A stretch of DNA of 49,553 nt, counting the filler, from Streblomastix strix (lineage: Eukaryota): the NCBI GenBank assembly GCA_008636045.1. It is 3 parts of 3 records of this genome, joined end to end, with 100 filler letters (N's around TTAATTAATTAA, not from the genome) between each part and the next. Parts side by side here need not be neighbours in the genome. Positions count along the whole stretch, not along the records: positions 16,556 to 33,005 come from SNRW01000809.1; positions 33,106 to 49,553 come from SNRW01000810.1; 1 more part is not named here. One strand, given 5' to 3'. Shown piece by piece: positions 27,749 to 39,331 of the stretch (the first letter of the stretch is position 1; the number at the start of each line of letters is the position of its first letter). The translations under genes were made by a program, and so were the position numbers. Under the pieces are notes generated by a model. That model did not search any database. It had not been told where the DNA came from and saw only the letters and a list, made by a program, of their open reading frames with translations.

Positions 27749-28010
27749 CTTATTTAAATGTGGATTATGATGAGTTGAGAGTTTAAGATGAACAAGAAAA
27801 GTGATAAAGATTTGTGAGGATAATCTCTCTCTGTTACAGCTCAACAAATGTATACAAAATCATATTATTTAGATTATATTATGTAATATAATAATATAAT
27901 GGTATTATTTTGAAATATAATTTGTTTGTTGAGTTATTCCAATAAATAAAATGATTTTTGCCATTTACTAACAAAAGTTCATATTTATATAGAAATTAGT
28001 TTAATTATGC
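27749..28010. repeat. Dispersed noncoding repeat, copy 2
   Basis: Aligns by eye with 25575-25834, with scattered substitutions; weaker similarity extends ~90 bp leftwards in both copies. Confidence 0.9.
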
Positions 28011-28062
28011 AAAAAAAATATGGAATTGGTTGATAGTTTATTCAATTAAGGAAAAAACTAAA

Positions 28063-31000
28063 TCAGTTATCATTAGACTCGCTTTCATCCATATTATCAA
28101 GACCAAATGCATCGCTTTCTTCAATTATATCATTAGACTATTCTTTTGATTCCGATTCGTTTGTATTACTTTATTCTTACAGTGACTATGTAAGATTATC
28201 ATTGCTTTATTCACAAGATGGTTATATGCTTTGCGATTAAGCTGTTTGTGGGGAAGAAGAGTCAATATTTGAGTATTGCGTGTTCTAAAGTGCATTTTCA
28301 TTTAAGACATCTTGATTTTGAAGATTATTATATGTATAAGGAAGATGGAACTACGAATCATTTGTAGTATAAGACGAATATGGAGAAGAAGAATATTCAA
28401 AAGATGTGTAATTATTACTTTATAAATCATTATTAGCGGAATTTTATTCAATTTGAGGAGATTTTTATTCATTTTGAGGGGAAATATAATCTTTATTAAT
28501 TTCTTCTAATTCTTTGTCTTCATTCAACTGTCTATTGGTTATGAATGAATTAATACTCTATTTAAGTTATTGCCAATCTATTTATAAATCAGATAAAGAT
28601 TTTTATTCACTTTTCTAAGTTAATTCATCATTTTCTTCTTTTTATTTCATATTTGTACAATCATCAATTAAATCATCATTTTATAAATTTGTATCTGAAC
28701 TGATATCATTTTCTTCTTATTATTTATTTTCCACATTTCTTATTTTTCTTTCAAGATCAATTAATCTTTGTTTAAGATCAGTATATAAAACACCTTATAT
28801 TAAATTAAACTATTTCTATATTCTAATTTCATTCTAAGTATAATTAACTTCTTCATTTTAAATTAAGTTTACAAGTTGAATGAGCATTTAAATTAATATA
28901 AATGTAAGTGGTTATTATTAAGTATTATTATTTTATCCTAATTGTTTTATTGATTTATTCATTTATTAATTATCTTATGTTTAAGATGATAATTAAAATG
29001 AAAATGGAGGAATGGGTTTTATGTTTTCTTGACTATTTTATATATTTTCAAGTTTATCAACAATTAAACTCTTACTATTATCATTGTCTTCATCATCCAT
29101 CTCTTCCTCAATAAAATCAAATCCACTGACCTCCTCTTAATTTGATTATTTTTCATTATATTTATCTTATTCTATTATCTTTAAATCTTAATTATTATTC
29201 AATTCTTCATGTTTTTATTGCATAATATTTAATTCATATTAACTTGATATCTTATCAGACTTGATTCGATTATTATTATTATTATTCAATAGAGTACTTT
29301 AACTATCACTTTAAAACTAATTAGTAAAAGTTTTATTTTCTAGTTATGAATTTTCTCTTAGTTATTACGTTATCTTCAATGCTTCATTTAAAAATTCAAT
29401 ATGTTGAGTGGAGAAAACTTTTTTCTGTTAAGTCCAACATAAATTAGATTTCAATAATCTCTGCAACTATAAATTCAATTCTATTTTAGCTCGTATTGAT
29501 TATAATACTGGCCCACGCTCAAGATATTGCTATCTTTATGTTTAAACTTCATCTATCTTACTTAGTTCCTATTCATTGAGTGAAAGATCATTCCTAGCTA
29601 CAATGAGTTGGGTCTCCAGAATTTCTTTTTATTTTCGAGCTTCAGTAATTTCTAATGTTATTCTCTAAGCTGCTCTAAAATTCTTTGATGCAATCGCAGC
29701 TTGTTTTTCACCTTCTAATTCAACAAGATGAAGTGTTGTTGAACCAGAAATCTCGTTTGAAAGAACTCGTACACGCTCTTGTAGCTATGCGTGCTTTATT
29801 TCCATTACTTTGAAATCAGAATTAGCTTTATTATCTTTCTAATATTCATCATTCTCTTTATTTTTTGTTTTGTCAGATAATATTTCACTTTAAAGAACCT
29901 CGTCTGATTATCTTTCGTTTTCAATCTTTCTTCCTAAAATATCCAATATTTAATTATGCTCAATTATTTCTTTTTTCTATTATTATTGAATAAATTTGAA
30001 TATTTACTACTCAGCTTAAATAATGTTAAATAAAAGTTACTCAGATGAAGTATTTGGTATATAAAATCTTGCATTCTCTTTTTCTAAATCAATATTTTCT
30101 TATTCCTAATTATTTGAACAATAAATATCATTTATGTCTTATTATTATGATAGATTATCTATATTATCATTTTCATTATTTAGTTTTATTCCATTTATGT
30201 CTGAAAGTGCTTTTAAAGTTTATTTCTTTTTCTTTTAACATTCTTTCATTTTACTTTCTGCTTATTCAGATTGAGTTTTATATTTGGTCAATTATTCTCC
30301 AAGTCCTGCTTATTTAACTGCCTCTGTAACTTATGTTTCAGCTTATTCCTTTCTGCTTAATATTTCTGCTTCTTCTGCTTCTAAATGTAACAGTTTGGCT
30401 TTTAAAAGTTCAATATCATGTCTCACTCTTTATTTCTCTTAATCTAATGATTGTATTTAATTAATAATTTCTCCACAATTTGACTGAATTTATTATTTAA
30501 CTTGTTAAATTCCTGATTAAGCAACAATAGAATCAGAAGAAGCTACATCATATTCCTTATCTATTTATGATAAAACATCCTCTAATTCTTTCTTCTTCTT
30601 TCTCTTTAAACAATCAATTTCTTCTTATACTTTTATAATATGAATTTATAATTATTAACTTGAATCTTACAGTAATAAAAACAAATTATTGAATTCTTTA
30701 TTTGTTGTATTTGAATTGTTATTAAATGCATTAGAAGTGAATTCTATCATTTATTAAGTTATACTCTTTGTTTCATTTTCAAGTTCTTTTGACTAAATTT
30801 TAATTTATTAAGATTATTTTTCTATTAATTCTGCTTTGTCAAATTCTTCTTTAGCAGCCAAAATATCCATTTCTGCTTCTTTTTCAGTTAATTATTGATT
30901 AATATTTTCTAATTAAATAGCACCCTCGGAAGCTTGATTTATATAATTATCTTCAATTTCTCTGTTATTTATATTTTAACAAAACTAATTCAAAATTAAT

Positions 31001-31458
31001 TTCTATAAAACAATTAATGTGTTAATAGATTATTGAACTTCAGGAATATAATCTTAATGATTATATTAATCTTAGTTTTATATTGATTTAGGTTCTTCAA
31101 ATATTTATATTGATTAAGGTTCTTCAAATATTTATATTGATTAAGGTTCTTCTAATATTTATATTGATTAAGTCTTATCTAATATTTATATTGATTTAGG
31201 TTCTTCTAATATCTATACTTCATCAGGAATAATCGGACTATAATAAGAAATTGGAAGAGAAGGGATTGTTTGAGATGATTATATGACTGGCTTTGGAGGT
31301 GTGTATGAAGGAGGAGGAGGAATATGCCTTTATTCTTCTTTATTAACCTTTTCTTTCTTTTAATCTTGTTTAGGTTATTTTTAGGAATTTTAATTTGCTT
31401 AAACTGATCTTTGTGCTCCTGGGCGAAACTTTGCTGTTGTTTAGCGTTGAGATTTCAT
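28063..31458 (-). CDS. Coiled-coil protein, 1131 aa, with UVR (UvrB/C)-like motifs
   Basis: ATG-to-TGA ORF of 3396 nt under table 6 (MKSQRQTTAKFRPG...DESESNDN*); E/K/Q-rich heptads; motifs LTEKEAEMDILAAKEEFDKAELIE and ELEGEKQAAIASKNFRAAQRI. Confidence 0.75.
31079..31216 (-). repeat. Coding tandem repeat, 5 x 27 bp (SIQI[LF]EEP[KQ])
   Basis: Unit TATATTGATTAAGGTTCTTCAAATATT repeated on the + strand. Confidence 0.9.
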
Positions 31459-32709
31459 TTTATTTTGCTAAAAAATTAATATATATTGATTTAAAGTTAA
31501 GGATGTTTGAATTGAAAACTGATGAATAATCCAAAAATTTTTGAAATAAATATTTGAATAAATTAGAAATTATGTGAGATTATGAATTAAAATTTGATAA
31601 ATAAATTAAAAATGCTAAATCAAAAATATAAAACATAATTTAGGACTTGTTCGCTATAAAGCGAAGTACTTCAAAGTTTTTAAACTTGAAAATAATAGAA
31701 AATTTAAAATAAATGGTAAATTTTTGAACAATTAATGTAAAATTAGGATAAAATTAATGTTTATTGGGGAAAATTTGGGCAATAAATGGAAAATTTACAA
31801 ATGAATTATATGAAGTTTAAATATATATTTATAATAGATTGAAATATTATTAATATTTATTTAATATTTATTGGATATATATTTAAATTGATTAATAATA
31901 TATTTCTAGCTAGAAATTATGTTTAAATGATATTTTTTAATAAGCTGCACTAATGGCTGAAATTGAGTTAGATATTGATATATATTACATAAATCAATAT
32001 AAAATATTAATATAATGCAATAATTATATTATCTGGCAAGAAATTGATTAAGTTGCATTTTAGATTTTTCATGGAAATTGAGAAAATTTGATCGTTTACC
32101 TAATTATTAAATAAGATACTAATCTATTTCTCTATTTAAATTTTTTTTATTTTTACTTAGATCAAATGATTAAGTATGGAAATTTGAAATAGGTACGGTA
32201 CTTTTGTAAAGTTATTGATTGGATTTCGTTTATATTTTACAATTCGGGACATGTTACTGAAATAATTCAGATGTTAAATTTCAGGTAGAAAGAAATTTAT
32301 CAAAGTTATATGTGAAATTAATTTATTTAAAGGATACTTTTAAAGCAAAAAATAGTTTTAACATGAATTTTATTGATGACAATCGGTGAAAAACTGTTTC
32401 GAAAATCTCAGCTGGTTTCATTCGCTGCAAATTTTAAGTCCATATTGTAAGTAATATTTATTTAAATTTAATCGTGCATAAATCGAATTTTATGTATTTA
32501 TGACTTGTATATAATAATAAATATAGTGATCAGTTCAATATGATGTATGATAACCTTAAAAATTTAAAAAATAACTAAAAATTGAGATGGAAAAAAATGC
32601 CTCCTTGGATAATCAATTTTTACTTTTTTTGATTTATTTTTACACGAAAATAAAGGTGCAATATGCCTTTATTGAAGAATCAAGACATTATTTTTATTTT
32701 TTATCTTTG

Positions 32710-33005
32710 ATGAAAATGTCTGAAACAGAAATTGAATCAGTCACAGACACAGAATTCGTTTCTCTTAAAGCTAATAGCAAATTTGAGATTTCAATACTCG
32801 AATCATGGATTATTCGAAGAAAAGAAGTTGGACTTATTCCTAAATTCAGTAAGAATAAATGTGGATATCTGCGTGGAAATATTGGTGGATAAATGCCTAA
32901 TCTTCATAGAATTAATGCAAAATAATTTGTTGAGAATGATGATTCGACTAATAAGACATAAATTGCTCATAAAAACTAGAAAAAATTAAAAAACAGTTTA
33001 TATAA
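32710..33005 (+). CDS. HNH homing-endonuclease-like protein, cut by the contig end, possibly inactive
   Basis: MSETEIES..WIIRRKE..NKCGYLRGNIGGQMPNLHRINAKQFVENDDSTNKTQIAHKNQKKLKNSL matches the GY..LHRxxAxxF..N..(V/I)DHxNxxKxDN pattern, with DH>AH and DN>KN. Confidence 0.72.
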
Positions 33006-33105
33006 NNNNNNNNNNNNNNNNNNNNNNNNNNNNNNNNNNNNNNNNNNNNTTAATTAATTAANNNNNNNNNNNNNNNNNNNNNNNNNNNNNNNNNNNNNNN
33101 NNNNN
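33006..33105. other. Artificial contig-joining spacer N44-TTAATTAATTAA-N44
   Basis: Identical to 16456-16555. Confidence 0.97.
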
Positions 33106-36100
33106 ATTGAATGATATAAAGCAGTATGGAAATGTACGTATTTCTATGCGTCACCGAAAAACGTACATTTTCGCTAAATCTGTTCATAAAATTTCAATTT
33201 TATTCTTTATTACGTACGAAAATATTAATAAATTTATTAATATTATATATTGTAGTAGTTTTTTATAGTAATGTAAGTATGTCGGCGCAACGTCGAAGTA
33301 GATACATTGCCACTTTCTTCGCTTGCAAACTATTTATTCTATTTGTCTCAGTTTGAAACTTATTCCTTTATTCTTAATTTATTATCACACGAGTTGATGC
33401 AAATTTCAGTATCATTAGCGCAGTCAAATCTCTCAAATGACTAATTGCACCATGTTTTCTAATCCACACCAACAGCAATGTTATGATTAATCGATGCTGG
33501 GCATATTCCTTTAGCAATCAATTATCCAAGATGCAATAGAAGAATGAACTTAAGAGATAATGGAACAGGAGAAAAGATATGGAGATGAGACTACTCTTAA
33601 CCACAATTTTCAAGAACTTGAAGATAAACAACTCCATTATTTTATTGAAAGATATGATTGATATTATACTGATGACTGCAACCCTCTTTTTGAATGTACT
33701 TAAAATAGAAATAATCTTCATTATTTTCAGAACTTTCTCGAAAAAATACACTGAATCCGTATAAATTATTTAGAAAAATATATGTTCTTGAATAAATAAA
33801 TAATTTTGAAATAAGTGAAATAAACAAAATTTTAAGGAAATAAAGATGAAGTAAAGATAATTTGGATGAAATTAAATAAATATTGACGAAATTATATATA
33901 AAAAGATGAAATAAAATAATTAAAGATAAAATATAATAAAAAAATAAAAAAAATATAGTAATAGTTACAAATAATTATAGTAGCATATATTAGAAAATTT
34001 TAAAACTTAATCAGAATTGCATTTTATTAAAATATTTAATAAATTAGTTATTTAAGAACTTGTGAGTTGGTCCTTTCTCATGCGTAATAAGAACTATTCA
34101 GCTGTTAAAAATATATTAATAAAAAATTATTAATAAATATTTAATATAATTTAATATTAACTTATTATAAAATCATATATTCAATAATTTACTTAATTAT
34201 TTATTAGTTATTTATGTACATATTTTTATACTAAGTTGCTTCATTATCACTTAAGTTGTACTTAGTGGTAGATCTTTCTTCATGTTAGTCATACTATCAA
34301 TGCTCTGAATATATATATAATTATATAGAAAATATATATAATAATTTGAATAAAATTTTGATAATAAAATTGAGAAGAATGCATTTATAAAGAGAATATG
34401 ATTTAATATATCAATATAAATAAATTATTCAAATGTAATTTATACTCTTTGATTCGAGTAATCCATTTGATTAACAATATATACTTCAGTAATATTGGCA
34501 GATTGATACTTCAGGATATATAGATTTAGTAAGTCCCTAGTTGCAAAAAAATATTCAGAAGTATAGCTTTTGAATTAATTGAATAAAATCCATTTCAAGG
34601 AATTCGTATTCGATTTATGAATATGATGTTAAAAATAATGAGATATAATAATTTTTATTACAATACAATAAAAATTTGCATAAACATATTTATGAAACAA
34701 AAAATGTACTTTTAGTTAATGATAAATTATAAAAATTAAAAATAAAATGAATTAAATATAAATTATTAATGAAAATGAAGAAGAATAATAATTTGATAAT
34801 ATATTAAAATATGCATGTAAAACAATGATAAAATTTAATATACTGCTTATTTGTTGGAAATAATATTGTTTTATTAATATTATTTTAAATAATTAATTGA
34901 CTGTTTGCAGATTTTAATAAGATTAAATATTGAATTATTTTATTTCTCAATCTTTAAAATTTATTTTATTCATTTATAATAAATGATTAGTAATCAATTG
35001 GAATTTAAGAGTTTTTTCCAACATTAATTATAATATTGGAGTGTCTATTCACAAGCGACCCAGTATTTTTTTTATTTGAAATATTATGAAATAATTTTAA
35101 AGTTAATTTCTGGAGTTGTAGATTTTATAATTCTGCAGCTCTTTAAAAATGAATAAAAAAAATAATTTTCCTTTTTCGAACTCATACGGGCAATATTATC
35201 TTTGAATTTTTATTTAAATATTTTAAAATAATTTTTTAGAATCATAACGCAAAAATTTGAGCAGTTTCAGCGACAAATATCAGAAAAAATGATTATTTTT
35301 AAATTTTTCATTTTTTTCTTTTTTTTCATATTCAATTTCATTAATTTTAACGAATTTTTATATTTATTTATTTATAATGTATTAAATCAATGAATAGCAT
35401 AAAAATAACAATATATGTAGCACAAAATTGATTTATTTTTTTTCTGAAAAAATCAACTGCGATATAAAAGAAAATTCAAAGAAAACAATTTGATTATAAA
35501 CATAAAATTAAAAGCAAAAATATTCAATATTAGAGAAATATTTTAGGAAAATATCATAAATGAACATATAATGAATATGCTCAAAAAATAGCAGGTAATT
35601 TTCCAAATAACATAACCAATTATGTTCTATGGAGGATTTTTTGAATAATTTGAAATATTTATTAAAGAGGCACTTGAATACTTTTCGAATATTTATCAAT
35701 AAGTTCAATGTTTATATAAAAATAAAAATATAATTTCAATAAGTTAAGACATTCATTCAATTGAATAAAATATTGAGGTTGAATGAAGTGTTTATGAAAT
35801 TTGATTTCATCTTTTTAACAGAAATAATATAGATCATAATTATATTATAAATATTTATTAAAAAATTAAAAATTAAAAATAAAATATATATACTTAAAAT
35901 ATATTATAAAAATTTATATATATTTTATTATAAAATTTTTTATACGTTTATTTAAAATAATTATTTTATAATAATTTTAAAGACAAAATTTTATTGAATT
36001 AAAATTATTATATTAAAAATATATTATATTTAAATAAAAAATTTAATTTAAATTAACTTATTAATTATTTAGTATCTTATTGGAAATATTTTAAAAAAAA

Positions 36101-36824
36101 ATTATTGATCTTTTTTGAAAAAATGCTAACTTTTTTAGTTATTGTGCGAATAGAGAACTAATCTTCGAATAAGATAAATAATATTATTTATGTAGGTGAT
36201 GCGCATTTTTTACAATAATAGTCATCTTTAATTTTCAAATTATAATTTTTATAAAAATATAATAATTTTCTTATCAAAAAAATTTCAATAAAAAATTTCA
36301 AAAAAAATTTTTAATTAAATATATTAGGCTAATAGAAGAATTTGATTCTTCTGAATTAATATAATATTCATTGTAGAAGATGTTGAAATAAACTTAAAAA
36401 TTATTATTGTACAAATTAAGAAGTTATTAATATTTTGCAAAAAAGTACTTTTTCTTAGAATTTTAATAGTATTATTTGTATATAAAAAATTTTGTTGAAA
36501 TATTCAATTTGAAAATCAATCCAATTTTATGGGTTTATCACTACATCAACATTTACATATATAACAATTTATTGAATTGGATCAATTTTTTAAAAAATAT
36601 TTTTTTTGTCCCTTATGATTTGTTTCAATAAACGATCAACCTAATTAAATTGAATATTAGATTATTCAATAATTATTCATATATGAGACCTGAATATTAT
36701 ATATGTATTATGTCTTGAATATGTATGTATATTAATATTATAACTGTAAATGTATATTTCATGAATAATGAATTATAGTTTTTTTTCTTGTTCATGATAA
36801 TTAATTATCTTGAGTATAGTATAA

Positions 36825-38148
36825 GGTAAACGTCATTGTGGAATATTTATTGATATACCTGTATCAGCTATTAGTGTTGCAACTGCTTTTAATTATCTCA
36901 TTCCTTATGACATTGTATTTAGTGGAGTAACGGATTTGAACTAACTGAACCCTATCTTTAACAGTTTTCCTGTATTGACTAGAAATTATGCGTCATTGTA
37001 TATATAATTATGGATGCAGGACTTCGGGTAAGATTTGAAGGTTATTTGGTTAAATAAATATAATCCAGTAGATAATGCATATCTAGCGTATGCAATGATC
37101 CCACCAGAGAAACCTGATATAATTTTCTTGAAAAATAGAGCTGCAGCAGTAGCATATAATTAATACAAGATTAGATTGGCTAATTTGGAAGGTAAACCTA
37201 TTACAACTACTATACCAACAGCTACAATAAGTTAAATTAAAAATGCTGAATTCACTGAATTATATATAAATAACCTATATTTTTATATGGGGGAATGAAG
37301 CTGTAATTGTTGATATGATTCGTAACCAAAGACTCATTAACTTTCCAACATAAGCTATTCGTACTTAGTCATCTAACTATCCAGCTAGTAATATTAGTGA
37401 TGGAGGTGGATATATTTAAACAATAATGTCATTTGCTAACATCAAGTCTATATTTGTTACTTTCGCTATGCCTTAATATCCTACATGGTTCTTTCCTGTT
37501 CTATTCAAAAAGATTGATTTGATTATAAATTTACGTCATGTTATTCCAAGCGCATATCCTGCATTAATTTAAGATGATTGTGGATAAATGTTTGATTGTT
37601 TTGTTGATTAAGATGTCGTTAGTGCTTCATATGATTAATATCATACATTAATGTTTGAAAACTAGCATATAGATGATAACAATTATCCTTATGGAATTGA
37701 AGAACTTGAAACAGTGGGAAAACAAAGACCAGTATCAAACATATTTTGTTAAACAACATTATATAATGGTTCTAAAGCAGTTAAAACATTCTATTATAAT
37801 AAATTTATGTTAGTATGGGAATTAGCTACTGATGATTCATTTATGAAAAGGTTTAACTCATCTAAGATAGGAGCAAGAACTAATATACAAGTTTAAATTG
37901 GAATTACACCTATAGATAATACATGTATTGATGAAGGTATAAGATCTGCAATTATTGATTAAAATGATTTTAAATACTTTACCTCAACTAGATGCTATCT
38001 CAGTACTAAGAACATATAATTAACACCATTAACTCATTATCTATGCGATGGAATTGTTCGAATAATGTTTGATTATAATCCTGATCCATAAGTTCTATCG
38101 TTAGAGATTGTCGGTGAGATATGAGGGAGTGCAATTAGATCAGGATGA
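36825..38148 (+). pseudogene. Putative major capsid protein (double jelly-roll), N-terminus missing, frameshifted
   Basis: ~440 codons of beta-rich sequence: CGIFIDIP..LNPIFNSFPVLTRNYASLYIQLW..INFPTQAIRTQ..ANIKSIFVTF..KFMLVWELATDDSF..THYLCDGIVRIMFD..QVLSLEIVGEI*GSAIRSG*. Frameshifts near 37170 and 37290, premature TGA at 38122. The MCP call rests on size, composition and linkage to the ATPase. Confidence 0.6.
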
Positions 38149-38208
38149 ATAATATTAACACCTTTGGTGCTGGCAAATTAATTTGCTATTTATTTTAACA
38201 TAATTTTA

Positions 38209-38712
38209 ATGAATAAAGACCAATAGAATGTATTCAAAGCATTAACGACAAAGATAATCAAAGACAATTTTCAAGATAATATGCATCTAGAGTAACTTGA
38301 TAGTATGATAAAGGGTATAATTAATGTAGAAAAATCAAAAGGATATACAGTTCATCCATTGTACTATGAGTTTTTTAATCTAAGTTGTAATTTTGAGACA
38401 ATGAATGAAAGTTAATACTTGTTAAAACGATAAAGTGATATAGAATAATATAATATTAAGTTATACAATGAAAATCATTACGACAACATAAAAACATATA
38501 ATAAACGTAAAGAAGAAATAAACATTAATCCAAAAATAATCAAAATAAATTAGTACCTATTAATGGATGCAACAAATGAAGAGAAACAGATACATAATTA
38601 GTTTGTATCAGAATAGAACCATAAGTTGTTTTGTGATTACTATAAATTAAATCCAGTCAATATACGGAAGGATCAAATTGAGTCAATATAGTTAGATAGT
38701 AAATGTACTTGA
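38209..38712 (+). CDS. Hypothetical viral protein, 167 aa
   Basis: Intact ATG-to-TGA ORF under table 6 (MNKDQQNVFKALTTKII..HPLYYEFF..DSKCT*). Confidence 0.65.
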
Positions 38713-39296
38713 TTAGCTCTTTACACTTGTCTGTAAGTATTAATTCGTCACTATCGTAATAATTATCTTTAATTTCTTAGAAATATTAATTCTATTTTTA
38801 TTATGTTTCATTAACTGGATTGACATTAACAAAACCGGAGTCACTGAGTAATGCTTCAAAGATATGATATACTTAATTATCTGATGTGTTAATCTTTGCC
38901 CTTGTTTTTAAGATATTGAAAAGAGTTATTCCATTTAAATATCTACAAAAATAATCATAAATCATTTTATTATTCATATTCATTATATCATGTTTCTTCA
39001 ACTTCTCTTGCTACTCTTGTATTATGTAACTTACATTAATCATTGCTAAGTTGTTTCATTTTTTTAATTAAATTCTTTCTTTTTATTCTATTCCTTTATT
39101 TATCATCATTACTAATTGCTTATAATCTTTCCTCATTTAGTATTTTTATAATGTCACTGTAATTATTTATTTGATCGTGTGTTAAGAATAATATTCCATC
39201 ATTATCTAACTCAATTATATTATGATTATTATACGGAATATTTCCTATCAACTCTACTTCATCTTATTTATCTAAATGTACTATATTATAACTCAT
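38690..39296 (-). pseudogene. Hypothetical viral protein, frameshifted
   Basis: MSYNIVHLDKQDEVELIGNIPY.. continues, after frame changes, into MIYDYFCRYLNGITLFNILKTRAKI.. Confidence 0.4.
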
Positions 39297-39331
39297 TTAT
39301 GATAAAGATAAAAAGATAAAAAATAAAAACA

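Noticed and set aside
33126..36800. Possible genes or the left TIR of the viral element in the AT-rich start of contig 3
   Set aside because: Only short stop-interrupted frames (33280-33760, 34240-34620); no convincing inverted match to 48000-49553 found by eye. A self-BLAST would settle this.
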